Shown here in pieces: positions 17,652 to 26,806 of a DNA stretch of 64,000 bases. Location: NCBI GenBank assembly GCA_964346245.1, contig CAYFUF010000005.1, positions 250-64,249 of the forward strand. The letters are read 5' to 3'. Origin of the DNA: an uncultured Peptoniphilaceae bacterium (GTDB taxonomy: Bacteria; Bacillota; Clostridia; Tissierellales; Peptoniphilaceae). The position numbers were made by a program, and so were the translations under genes. The notes beneath the pieces were generated by a model that did not search any database, was not told the DNA's origin, and worked only from the letters and a program-made list of their open reading frames with translations. Position 1 is the first letter of the stretch, and each line of letters begins with the position of its first letter.

Positions 17652-17936
17652 TTAGTCCTCTACGATAGCGAGGATATCTTCTAGTTTGATGACGATGTAA
17701 TCATCACCCTCTAAACTTACGTCTGTACCGGCGTATTTGGAGTAGATGACTCTGTCGCCTACTTTAATCTCATTTTTGATTTCGTCGCTGTTGGTTACCT
17801 GATCGCTTACCGCAACAACTTCAGCATACTGAGGTTGCTCTTGAGCAGATGAAGGTAAAATGATACCAGAAGCTGTCGTTTCTTCTTTCTCTAGTTTTTT
17901 GATAACTAGTCTTTCTCCTATTGGATTTAATTTCAT
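17652..17936 (-). CDS. groS: Co-chaperonin GroES
   Basis: 94 aa: MKLNPIGERLVIKKLEKEETTASGIILP... Confidence 0.96.
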   Translation of the reverse strand: MKLNPIGERLVIKKLEKEETTASGIILPSSAQEQPQYAEVVAVSDQVTNSDEIKNEIKVGDRVIYSKYAGTDVSLEGDDYIVIKLEDILAIVED

Positions 17937-17967
17937 TATTGACCTCCTGAATTTATATTCTTATCGT

Positions 17968-17994
17968 TTATCACTCAATTGATTAGAGTGATAA
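17968..17994. promoter_or_regulatory. CIRCE-like HrcA operator (variant)
   Basis: TTATCACTC-N9-GAGTGATAA compared with consensus TTAGCACTC-N9-GAGTGCTAA. It lies between the promoter and the groES RBS. Confidence 0.75.
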
Positions 17995-18006
17995 CAACTT
18001 GTTTTT

Positions 18007-18035
18007 ATTCTACCCCATTCCTAGGGAAAATGCAA
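18007..18035 (-). promoter_or_regulatory. groES-groEL promoter
   Basis: Minus strand reads TTGCAT-17 nt-TAGAAT, immediately upstream of the CIRCE element. Confidence 0.65.
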
Positions 18036-18037
18036 AT

Positions 18038-18928
18038 CTAATCAAAGATTTCTCGGTGCTCCCTCGCATACATAAAGAGAAGTTGTTGAGCAAAGCCAGC
18101 ATTCTCGCCAAAGCGGTCCTGGGCAAACTCGCCAATCTCCTTGTTAGACCTTCCCTCAAGCTGGTATAGACTTACCATGATTCGCTTAATCCACACGTCG
18201 ATAGGGAAAGAGCCCATCCTATGGTAACCGTAGAGCATGATGCACTGGGCAACTTTAGGCCCTACTCCTTGCAGGGTCTGCAGATAGGTGAAAAGCTCTT
18301 GGTCTGTCATACGTTTTGCCTGATCAATAGAAAACTTGCCGCTACTGATATCGCGGCCAAGGGCAACCAGAGCTTGGTCCCGATAACCCACCTTACAAGT
18401 CTCCCTGAGCTCAAGAGGGTCAACCCTTGCTAGAGTGGTCGCCTCAGGCAAAAGTGCGTAGGTCTTACCGAAAAGCGTAGGGCCTTCTTTGCCATAGCAA
18501 GCGCTCATCTGTTGAAAGGCCTTCATCATACGAGAAATATTGTTGTTAGCGCTCATGATAAACTGCAAACTTGCTTCATAGGGGCTCTGCCGAAGGATAC
18601 GAAGGCCTGGGTTCTCTAGCGTTGCCTGTTTGCAATAAGGATCAAAGGAAAGCGCCTTCCCTATTTGTTGGTAGTCGCTTTCCATATCGAGCCAAGGCAA
18701 CCAGTGATTTATGATATCTTCCTCACGGGTGTTAGAAAAGTCTAACTGGTCGCCAAGAGACCGAACCGCTGTTATTTTACCTTTATGCTCAACGACATAG
18801 TAGCCATCCTCTACCTTTTCCCAAAGGTGGAACTGGCCGCTCATCAATATCGTTTCTATGTTCATATCGTTAAGACCTAAAACGCTAAAGCAGCCTGGTC
18901 TCGTTTCTATAATTGATAAATCTTTCAT
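18038..18928 (-). CDS. ogg: 8-oxoguanine DNA glycosylase, OGG1-like (HhH-GPD)
   Basis: 296 aa with HhH-GPD motif LQGVGPKVAQCIMLYG (catalytic Lys) followed by FPIDVWIKR (Asp). Confidence 0.8.
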   Translation of the reverse strand: MKDLSIIETRPGCFSVLGLNDMNIETILMSGQFHLWEKVEDGYYVVEHKGKITAVRSLGDQLDFSNTREEDIINHWLPWLDMESDYQQIGKALSFDPYCKQATLENPGLRILRQSPYEASLQFIMSANNNISRMMKAFQQMSACYGKEGPTLFGKTYALLPEATTLARVDPLELRETCKVGYRDQALVALGRDISSGKFSIDQAKRMTDQELFTYLQTLQGVGPKVAQCIMLYGYHRMGSFPIDVWIKRIMVSLYQLEGRSNKEIGEFAQDRFGENAGFAQQLLFMYAREHREIFD

Positions 18929-18959
18929 CGTCCACCTCCCAAGGCATATAGATACCCAT

Positions 18960-18991
18960 AAAAAGAAGCTGGCGTCTTTCAGCCAGCTTCT
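18960..18991 (-). terminator. Intrinsic terminator after the dipeptidase gene
   Basis: AGAAGCTGGC-8 nt-GCCAGCTTCT, a perfect 10-bp stem, followed by T5 on the minus strand. Confidence 0.75.
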
Positions 18992-19007
18992 TAGTTACTT
19001 TATTAGA

Positions 19008-19994
19008 TTATAGATTTTCGAATACCCGCACAGCGTTCTTGTAAGCTAGTTTTTCAATACGCTCACTTGACCAACCATGAGCATCTAAGGCATCGAATAA
19101 CTTCTGCATATGGTTGGCTCTAGGAATGTCAAACTCTCCCCAAGTACCGTCGAAATCTGTACCTATAGCCAAGATGTCTTCACCTCCGATGTCCACCATG
19201 TGGTTTAAGTGGCGAATCATATCGTCAATGCGCGAGCCCTCCCCATCTTCCCGTAGGAAGCGAGGAGAGAAACAGAGTCCTGCAACGCCGCCACTCTCCG
19301 CTATGCCCTTTATCAAGTAATCAGGCAGATTTCTCTGATGGTTTGCAATCGCTCTGGCATTGGAGTGGGAGGCAATAACTGGCGCTTTAGAAAGGGCCAA
19401 GCAATCCTCGATACCACCATCAGAGAGGTGAGAAACATCAATTAAAAGGCCTAGGTCATTCATCGTAGCAATGGCTTCCTTACCAAAAGGCTTGAGCCCT
19501 AAGGCAGCTAAAGCTGGATCTTTGGAAGTAGGATGGCCGAAACAGTTTTCACTGTTCCACGTCAAGGATATCATCCGAAAGCCCCAATCGTAAAAGAGCT
19601 TGAGATTATCCATGTCTCCATTGACCGCCCTGCCATCTTCCATGGTAAGTATACCTGAGATTAAGCCATTTTCCTCATTGCAACGAACGTCAGCTGAGTT
19701 CAATGCTTGGGCAATGACATCACTGTTTGTTTCAAATTCCTTAACCAAGCGAGTCTTAGCCAAGCGAATATAAGCCATATCTTCTTCTTGGTTTTTGGGT
19801 TCTAGGCGTGGGTCGATATTGAGCTCAACGCCCTCAGCCTCAGGTAGCCAAACGGCAAAGCACTGTGCAAGAGCCTGTCCTTCAATAAGTCCATCTAAGT
19901 CGACACAAATTTCCTTATTAGCCCTAAGACTTGCTTCTTCCCCTCCTTGTAGGACAGGTAGAATCGTATCAGCATGTAAATCGAAATATTTCAT
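19008..19994 (-). CDS. Membrane (renal-type) dipeptidase, peptidase family M19
   Basis: Start trimmed to ATG 19994 (MKYFDLHADTILP), giving 328 aa. Motifs HADT, SLTWNSEN, DVSHLSD and ASHSNARA are typical of M19. Confidence 0.85.
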   Translation of the reverse strand: MKYFDLHADTILPVLQGGEEASLRANKEICVDLDGLIEGQALAQCFAVWLPEAEGVELNIDPRLEPKNQEEDMAYIRLAKTRLVKEFETNSDVIAQALNSADVRCNEENGLISGILTMEDGRAVNGDMDNLKLFYDWGFRMISLTWNSENCFGHPTSKDPALAALGLKPFGKEAIATMNDLGLLIDVSHLSDGGIEDCLALSKAPVIASHSNARAIANHQRNLPDYLIKGIAESGGVAGLCFSPRFLREDGEGSRIDDMIRHLNHMVDIGGEDILAIGTDFDGTWGEFDIPRANHMQKLFDALDAHGWSSERIEKLAYKNAVRVFENL

Positions 19995-20072
19995 GTCACC
20001 TCCTATTTCCTCGGGAAGTATTCCCGTATGTCTTTGGTGAATCAAATTATACTTACAGCGCCCCATGCTCTT

Positions 20073-21404
20073 TTAGAAGAAGTTGACACCAACAAAGGCC
20101 CAAACAACGATTCCGATAACTAGAGGAATCAAAGATAGCCAGTTGCCGTAAAGCATATCCTTTGTATTCTTCGATTGGGCAATACCCATCTGCCCAATCA
20201 TATTTGATGTAGTATATAGACTTCCGGTAATACGTGTAGCTGATAGCAGAGAGATTGCAAACATCTGCAAGGCTAAGCCGGAGCTTTGAATCATTGGCGC
20301 AAACATATCTGAGATGATCTGCAATTCAGCAACTGCTGCAGCTTCGATACCTACACCACCAACCACAGCGGAAATCAGCATAACTGCTGTTGCCGAAATA
20401 CCATCGAAGGTGTTTTGCAGGAAGTTAGACAGTGCGTCGAAACCGCCTGCTGCAGTGACCATTTCCAATAGGACATCAATCGTTAAGAAGACGAGGAAGA
20501 GCTCAGCCATACTAGCGACACCTTGGATGATGCGCTCTTCTGCAACCTTAGCGTTGATGCGACCAAAGAGAATGATGACTAACATCAGGATAACCATAAC
20601 AATGATTGCGTAGCTGGTTCCCTGTCCCGCTAAAACGCCATATACAACTAGAGCAACAAAGGATAGCAAGAATGCGATGGTTGCTAATTTCTGTTGAGAG
20701 CTCACTTCAACATCCTGGATATTGACAACACCTTCGGATAAGTCGTAGTGTTCTTTTCCTTCCGTTCTCTTTTGAATCTTGTTCGCGGCAATCCAGGTAC
20801 CGACCAGCCATAATACGCCGAATGGAATACCTGCCCAAAGCATGTATTCAATATAAGACATGTTGGTGAGTTCCAATGTCGCTAGCGTTACACCGGTGAG
20901 TGGACCCCAGATGAGGCCAACCTCGCCAGCATTTTTCAATACCAAAGCAGTTACTGTAGGGGTTAATCCTACTGCTGCCATAATGGGAATGACGATTGGT
21001 GCGATAACCGCATTACCGCCGCCCAGTGTTCCAAGCAGTCCACAGATGATGATGGAGATGATCATCAAAGAGAACTTTGCTTTTCCTTGAGAGTCGACCT
21101 TAATTCTCTTAACAATCCACAAAACCAAAGTCTGTGTAACTCCCGCCTCGTTCATCAAGCGGCCAAGACCTGCACCCAGCATGATGATTAAACCGATCAT
21201 CACAACGAAAGAGCCCATGCTTGCTGCAAAGTCGCCTGCTAGCATGCCAATGTCGTGTCCGATGATGACGGCACCTACAATAATTCCTGCCATAGTCGCC
21301 AATAGGTTGCTCTTGTCCATCAGGACTAGCACTATGTAAACCAGGAGTGGTAGTAGACCAATTAGCGATGGCCCATTAATCAAAGCATTTGCACCTAATT
21401 CCAT
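20073..21404 (-). CDS. Ion-transporter-superfamily permease (GntP/NhaC-like), substrate unknown
   Basis: Start trimmed to ATG 21404 (MELGANALING, RBS GAGGAGGA), giving 443 aa. It has about 12 predicted TM helices, and the segment IIMLGAGLGRLMNEAGVTQTLVLWIVKRI resembles GntP-type carriers. It lies 6 nt upstream of the dipeptidase gene. Confidence 0.65.
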   Translation of the reverse strand: MELGANALINGPSLIGLLPLLVYIVLVLMDKSNLLATMAGIIVGAVIIGHDIGMLAGDFAASMGSFVVMIGLIIMLGAGLGRLMNEAGVTQTLVLWIVKRIKVDSQGKAKFSLMIISIIICGLLGTLGGGNAVIAPIVIPIMAAVGLTPTVTALVLKNAGEVGLIWGPLTGVTLATLELTNMSYIEYMLWAGIPFGVLWLVGTWIAANKIQKRTEGKEHYDLSEGVVNIQDVEVSSQQKLATIAFLLSFVALVVYGVLAGQGTSYAIIVMVILMLVIILFGRINAKVAEERIIQGVASMAELFLVFLTIDVLLEMVTAAGGFDALSNFLQNTFDGISATAVMLISAVVGGVGIEAAAVAELQIISDMFAPMIQSSGLALQMFAISLLSATRITGSLYTTSNMIGQMGIAQSKNTKDMLYGNWLSLIPLVIGIVVWAFVGVNFF

Positions 21405-21434
21405 AATATCCTCCTCATAAAGTTGTTGATAAAC

Positions 21435-21462
21435 AAAAAGGGACTGATACGAATCAATCCCT
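21435..21462 (-). terminator. Intrinsic terminator after the sortase gene
   Basis: Minus strand reads AGGGATTGA-6 nt-TCAGTCCCT followed by TTTTTG. Confidence 0.65.
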
Positions 21463-21510
21463 TGTTCATCCTTAAGTAAGACCAATCTGTGGAAAAGCTT
21501 AGCATTCGGT

Positions 21511-22341
21511 CTACTCTGCCTGTTGAACCTCAACTAATATACCAGCGACCGCGGTACGAAAATCATCATGGTGGTCATCCGTACAGGTAGATAAGGTGAC
21601 TATCTTGTCTTCTTGTGTAAAAAGACGGTCAAATCCAAAGTCAGCAGCAGATTTGTTCAAGGTTTCATCTAGAAAATTAATCCAATCTTCGTCTGCCATA
21701 TTAGGCAGGCGATAGGGTGCATCGGCAGGTACGCGGTAGACGGAAAAAATCTGGTAGACGTAAATCCCGTCTAAGGTAGTAATCGTGAAAGTCTGAGGAG
21801 ACTCATCCACATAACTCTGATCATAATAGTTCTTCAAAACGCCAAACATAGCGTCCCCGTAATACATGGTGTGACCATATATGACGCTGTTCTTATCTTG
21901 AAAGTCACGATTATTTTCGAAGTCCATGAAGGGAGTACCCTGGAGATTAGAGACGCCATCGAATCCTCTCCACAGGTAAAAATCATTGTCAGAAGCTTGG
22001 ACCACGGGATAGTGGGAATTCGTTCCTTGAATATCTAGGTAGCAGACGGTATCAGGATTCATGGCCGTTAATTTGGCCATCATCTCTTGATAATTTACCT
22101 GAGTCGTACCTTTCTCCACTCTTTTTCGCCGGACAGTCTTGTCTGGGTTACTATCTTTGTCTTCTTTGACAAGGCTTATTTCCATATCGTCGCCACGAAT
22201 TTCATCGATGATATTTGCGACTTCCTTATACTGGGCATCGGACTTATTTCTGCTGATGAAGTAGTCAGCGATTTGGTAACCGCTGTAGAGGGCAACGGCT
22301 AAGAGTCCGAGCTGAACTAACCGTAGAATCCATTTCTTCAC
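21511..22341 (-). CDS. srtB: Class B sortase
   Basis: 276 aa with an N-terminal TM anchor. Motifs are HYPVVQASDNDFYLWRGF, VIYGHTM, the catalytic TLSTCT, and a downstream Arg (FRTAVAG). Confidence 0.82.
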   Translation of the reverse strand: MKKWILRLVQLGLLAVALYSGYQIADYFISRNKSDAQYKEVANIIDEIRGDDMEISLVKEDKDSNPDKTVRRKRVEKGTTQVNYQEMMAKLTAMNPDTVCYLDIQGTNSHYPVVQASDNDFYLWRGFDGVSNLQGTPFMDFENNRDFQDKNSVIYGHTMYYGDAMFGVLKNYYDQSYVDESPQTFTITTLDGIYVYQIFSVYRVPADAPYRLPNMADEDWINFLDETLNKSAADFGFDRLFTQEDKIVTLSTCTDDHHDDFRTAVAGILVEVQQAE

Positions 22342-22454
22342 GCGACATCCTCTCCTGTATTAGCCAATACTATCTAGTAAAAAACTGCTTTCCTTATTTT
22401 ACATGCTTAGGTCGACTTTTTCAATATTTTTTGATTATGATTTATATTTATTGA

Positions 22455-23621
22455 TTAAGAAAAGGCTTCTTCAACCCTTGGTCGGTCAGCTTTCTCATCA
22501 ATCAACTTGTTCACTGTTGCCATCTTAGAGGTGTTTCCCCCAAGGATACCGCCAATCGTCTTTCCATCTTGGAAGAAGACTTTGACGAAGTTTTTCCCGT
22601 CGACCTTGACAAAGCTGTCATCGCCTTGATGGGAACCTGCAGAGAAAAGCTTGATGTGGCCAATCTGCAGATTGGTGAAAAGTTTTGGTGTGGTGTAGGC
22701 ACTATCCCCGCCGCTCATATTGTCACCAGCTATCTGCCCCATCTCGTTTGCTGCAGTCCATAAGCCCATGACAAATCCATTAACCTCAGCATTATCACCA
22801 GCTACCCATACATTGTCCACGCTAGTTTTAAGCTTTTGATTGGCGACGATGCCCCGATTAACTTCTAAGCCATCCTTAGCCAAGCTGACATCTGGACGAA
22901 CACCGACAGAGAAGAGGACGAGTTGGCAATCAAACTCCTCGCCACCTGTTAGGATAACTCGCTCAACCTTGCCGTCGCCTACCACCTCTTTAAGCGTAGA
23001 GCCTACATGAATGTTTAATCCTTCATCAGCCAAAGCTTCTTCTAAGCTAATAGAGGAGGCAATGTCTAGTTGTTTAGTTAGAAGGTGCTCAGCAAATTCA
23101 CCTACATGGACCTCTAAACCTTTCTCTAAGAAGGCATATGCCGCTTCTAAGCCCAGGAGGCCTCCGCCAACAACTAGAACGGTCTTGATATCTTCCTCTT
23201 CGAGCGTTTCTTGAACAGCGAGGTAGTCATCCATGGACCTCATGGAGAAGACATTTTCCAATTCTCCTCCCTCATATGGTGGAACAAAAGGTAGCGCACC
23301 TGTGGCTAAGAGTAGCTTCTTGTAGGCTAATTCTGCACCGCCTTCAATATTGACTACGCTATTATCGTAGTCGATGCTTTCTACCTTCTTATTGAGCCAA
23401 AGTTCAATTCGGTTCTTTTCGAAGAAGCCTTCCTTCTCCATCATCAACTTCTCGGGGCTAAGATCTTGAGCAATTGCCTTTGTTAAACGAGTCCGGAAGT
23501 AGGGCAAATAACTATCCTGAGAAATAATCACAACTCGTCCTTCTTGATCATTCTTGCGAATTGCCTTGGCGGCTGCAATTCCAGCAGCACCTGTTCCAAT
23601 GATCAAATAATCTACAGTCAT
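22455..23621 (-). CDS. FAD-dependent pyridine nucleotide-disulfide family oxidoreductase (NADH:rubredoxin/ferredoxin-reductase-like)
   Basis: Start trimmed to ATG 23621 (MTVDYLIIGTGAAGIAAA), giving 388 aa. A second dinucleotide fold is present (VLVVGGGLLGLEAA), along with GDNAEV. Confidence 0.75.
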   Translation of the reverse strand: MTVDYLIIGTGAAGIAAAKAIRKNDQEGRVVIISQDSYLPYFRTRLTKAIAQDLSPEKLMMEKEGFFEKNRIELWLNKKVESIDYDNSVVNIEGGAELAYKKLLLATGALPFVPPYEGGELENVFSMRSMDDYLAVQETLEEEDIKTVLVVGGGLLGLEAAYAFLEKGLEVHVGEFAEHLLTKQLDIASSISLEEALADEGLNIHVGSTLKEVVGDGKVERVILTGGEEFDCQLVLFSVGVRPDVSLAKDGLEVNRGIVANQKLKTSVDNVWVAGDNAEVNGFVMGLWTAANEMGQIAGDNMSGGDSAYTTPKLFTNLQIGHIKLFSAGSHQGDDSFVKVDGKNFVKVFFQDGKTIGGILGGNTSKMATVNKLIDEKADRPRVEEAFS

Positions 23622-23675
23622 CCTTTTCCTCCTTAATTGACGTATTGATTCTCTCGAATACAGAAATTGTTTAAA

Positions 23676-23707
23676 CATGAGCTGGACCAAAGGCGGCCCA
23701 GCTCATG
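23676..23707 (-). terminator. Hairpin after pepF (short U-tract)
   Basis: CATGAGCTGG-12 nt-CCAGCTCATG, a perfect 10-bp stem, followed by only TTT on the minus strand. Confidence 0.5.
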
Positions 23708-23715
23708 TCAAAAAC

Positions 23716-25479
23716 TTATAGTTCATTCACTTCTTCCAACTCATCGACCAGGCGGCCGAAGACTTGCAAGGCACCATCGATTGTCTCTGGTTTTGATAAG
23801 TCACAGCCAGCATCCTGCAACTGCTTGATGGGGAAGTGGTGTCCACCATCCTTCAAGAAGTTCAAGTAGGCTTGCAACTCTTCATCCCCACCATGGAGAA
23901 TTCGCTCAGATAGGACGGTTGCTGCACAGTAACCTGTCGCATACTTGTAGACATAGAAATCTCTGTAGAAGTGAGGGATTCTCATCCATTCGTGTCCGAT
24001 TAATTCGTCTGATACCATGTGGTCACCGAAGTACTTCTGATTTAAGTCTAGGTAGATAGCATCGAAATCCTCTTTGGTTAAAGCTTCCTGCTTTTCTACC
24101 CTTTCGTGAACAATCTTCTCAAACTCAGCAAACATGGTTTGACGGTAGACGGTAGACTTAAAGCTATCCAACTCGTGGTCAAGAAGCTCTAACATCTCCT
24201 CCTTGGTCTTAGCTTGTGATCTCAAATAATCAAGGAGCAGTCGTTCATTTAAGGTGGAAGCAACCTCTGCCGCAAAGATGGTGTATTGGTAGTAGAGGAA
24301 GTCGTTGTTGTTCTTAGCATAGTAGGAGTGCATAGAGTGCCCCATCTCGTGAGCTAGAGTAAAGACGGAATCCAAGGTTCCGTTAAAGTTCATCGAAATG
24401 AAGGGGTAGCTCTTGTAAGCACCTGAAGAATAAGCTCCGCCCCTTTTACCCTCTCTTGGGTAGACGTCAATCCAGTTGTCTTCGAAAGCAGTGCGGTAGA
24501 TGTCTTGATACTCTTGACCTAGTGGAGCTACAGAAGCAATACAAAGCTCCTTGGCTTCTTCCCAGCTATATTCTTTTTGAGAACCCTTAACCAATGGCAG
24601 GTAGACGTCGTACATATGCTGCTCATCAAGGCCCAGCAATTCTTTTTTCTTCTTGTAGTAGCGGTGGATGTGGTCGAAGTTGTTATGAATGCTCTCGATC
24701 AGGGCATCGTAGACGCTGACATCCACGTCATCTGTGAAAAGTTCCATTTCCCTTGAAGAATCGAAGTGCCTTAGCTCAGCTTCAGTAGATAGGGCTCGAA
24801 CATTATTGTAGTAAGAGGTTGCTATCGTATTGCCGAAGGAATTGAATGTAGAGTAAAGTTTCTCAAAGGATTCTTTTCGCACAACAACCGAAGGATTCTT
24901 TTGTAAAGTGGTGAAATTCTCTGCGGTAAGAGCGTGCCCATCTAAGGAATCGATTGAAGGGAACTTCATATCTGCATTGGTCAGGAAGTAGTAGATTTCT
25001 GCAGGAGCATCACCTGCAAACCCTAACTTGGACATGATGTACTCTTCCTCTTGGCTTAAGGTGTGATCAGAGTATCGGAAAACTCTCTCCAAGTATTCCT
25101 TATAACAAGCGTAATCTTCATCAGCAAGCAGAGCTTCTTGGTCCTTCTGGCTCAGACCCAATAGGTAGGGACGGAGGAAGGAAAAGGCAGAATCAAATTC
25201 CTGTAAGGCTTGCTTTGCTTCCCCATTTGCTTTTTGATTCTCAGCGATACGGCTATCCTCATCCTGCTTCATGTAAGTGTAGACGACTAAGTGTTCTAAT
25301 TCTTCTTGCTTCTCTGTGGTGAAATCCAAAATTTCTTTTAAATTATTGTCCGGATCCTTGGCTAAGTCACTAAGCTTCTTTGCTGCTTCACTAATCATTT
25401 TGGTGTCAGTGGCGACCTTGCTCTTGTCTTCGTACATGGAATCGATGTTCCATTTGATATCTTTTCTTTGTTCAGTCAT
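23716..25479 (-). CDS. pepF: Oligoendopeptidase F (M3B)
   Basis: Start trimmed to ATG 25479 (MTEQRKDIKWN, RBS GGAGGT), giving 587 aa. The zinc motif is HEMGHSMH. Confidence 0.9.
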   Translation of the reverse strand: MTEQRKDIKWNIDSMYEDKSKVATDTKMISEAAKKLSDLAKDPDNNLKEILDFTTEKQEELEHLVVYTYMKQDEDSRIAENQKANGEAKQALQEFDSAFSFLRPYLLGLSQKDQEALLADEDYACYKEYLERVFRYSDHTLSQEEEYIMSKLGFAGDAPAEIYYFLTNADMKFPSIDSLDGHALTAENFTTLQKNPSVVVRKESFEKLYSTFNSFGNTIATSYYNNVRALSTEAELRHFDSSREMELFTDDVDVSVYDALIESIHNNFDHIHRYYKKKKELLGLDEQHMYDVYLPLVKGSQKEYSWEEAKELCIASVAPLGQEYQDIYRTAFEDNWIDVYPREGKRGGAYSSGAYKSYPFISMNFNGTLDSVFTLAHEMGHSMHSYYAKNNNDFLYYQYTIFAAEVASTLNERLLLDYLRSQAKTKEEMLELLDHELDSFKSTVYRQTMFAEFEKIVHERVEKQEALTKEDFDAIYLDLNQKYFGDHMVSDELIGHEWMRIPHFYRDFYVYKYATGYCAATVLSERILHGGDEELQAYLNFLKDGGHHFPIKQLQDAGCDLSKPETIDGALQVFGRLVDELEEVNEL

Positions 25480-25567
25480 AAATACCTCCATTTGTATCTA
25501 TATTACCCCTACTATATACCCGATGTCATCTGAGGCTGCAAACTTTCAGACCTTCTTAAGAATTATC

Positions 25568-26656
25568 TTATCTTTCTTTAGTAATTTCTGCTAAGAAGTG
25601 GCGATAAGCCGTGGGTATGGAATAAGAATCAATCATGTCCTGACTACTCACCCAGCTCGTCTTAGGATTATCACCGTACAACGCGATCTCTTCCTTTGCT
25701 AAAAGCGGTGAGACCGCATCAGCTTCTGTGGCAATAAGGTAACCCTTCATATGCCATTCCACGTGGCTGAAGATATGCTTGGCAAACCCTAAGTCTTCTA
25801 TATTCGCTAAATCTGCAACTAGTAGCCGTTCTTTTATTTCCGTTACCTCCATAAAACCGTCCAACATGGGAAAGGCCCACATGGCAGCTAGTAAGCCTTG
25901 GGGCGGCCTTTTCACCAGAAAATAGGCACCATCTTGATTCTGATAAACCAATACAGTCTTTTCTTCAATCCTTCTTGTCTTCTTCGGCTTACGCTTTGGC
26001 AGGACTTGCTGGATTCCTTGAGCAAAGGCAGCGCAAACTTTGGATAAAGGACAAAGATTGCACAAGGGTTCTCCTTTTGCCAAACACACGGAAGAGCCCA
26101 AGTCCATTAGGGCTTGGTTAAAGTCACCAGGCCTGTCCTTAGAAATCTCTTGATTCAAAAACTGCTCCAAGTCTTTCTTGCTTGCTGCATCTTCGACAAA
26201 ACCCTCATGGGCTAATAGGCGGGCTGCTATCCGGTAAGCATTGCCATCTGCTGCTATTACTTTTTGCTGATAGGCAATCGATGCGATTGCGCCCGCAGTG
26301 TATGGGCCAATCCCAGGCAGCCTCTTTAACTCCTCATAAGAGCTGGGCAATAAACCTCCCTGCTCTTCTACGAGGACTTTGGCTGCTTTTTGCAGATTTC
26401 TTGCTCTGCTGTAGTAGCCTAAACCTTCCCATAGCTTTAAGAGTTCATCTTCGCTAATGAGAGCTAGATCCTGCAAACTAGGCAGGCGGTCGATGAAGCG
26501 GTTAAAGTAAGGAATCACCGTCTCTACCCTAGTCTGCTGGAGCATAATCTCTGAAATCCAGACATGATAAGGGTTGGAAGACATCCGCCACGGAAGATGA
26601 GTCCTCTTATTACGGTCAAACCAATCCAATAACGGTTCGCTGATATTCATGCTCAC
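25568..26656 (-). CDS. mutY: A/G-specific adenine DNA glycosylase MutY
   Basis: 362 aa with HhH (LPGIGPYTAGAIASIA), a 4Fe-4S loop C-x7-C-x2-C-x5-C (CLAKGEPLCNLCPLSKVC) and a NUDIX-like C-terminal domain. Confidence 0.9.
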   Translation of the reverse strand: MSMNISEPLLDWFDRNKRTHLPWRMSSNPYHVWISEIMLQQTRVETVIPYFNRFIDRLPSLQDLALISEDELLKLWEGLGYYSRARNLQKAAKVLVEEQGGLLPSSYEELKRLPGIGPYTAGAIASIAYQQKVIAADGNAYRIAARLLAHEGFVEDAASKKDLEQFLNQEISKDRPGDFNQALMDLGSSVCLAKGEPLCNLCPLSKVCAAFAQGIQQVLPKRKPKKTRRIEEKTVLVYQNQDGAYFLVKRPPQGLLAAMWAFPMLDGFMEVTEIKERLLVADLANIEDLGFAKHIFSHVEWHMKGYLIATEADAVSPLLAKEEIALYGDNPKTSWVSSQDMIDSYSIPTAYRHFLAEITKER

Positions 26657-26716
26657 TGTTCCAAACCTCCTGCTTTACTCTGCCCCTTCTTAGGCAAAAG
26701 TAGTTGGCTAATCCTC

Positions 26717-26755
26717 AAAAAGAAACAAGTCGAACCTCTTGGAAGCGACTTGTTT
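26717..26755 (-). terminator. Intrinsic terminator after the FHA gene
   Basis: AAACAAGTCG...CGACTTGTTT followed by CTTTTTG on the minus strand. Confidence 0.7.
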
Positions 26756-26806
26756 TATCCTATTTATTCTATTATACCAGAGGGAAGAATTCTTTTCTTG
26801 AGCCTT

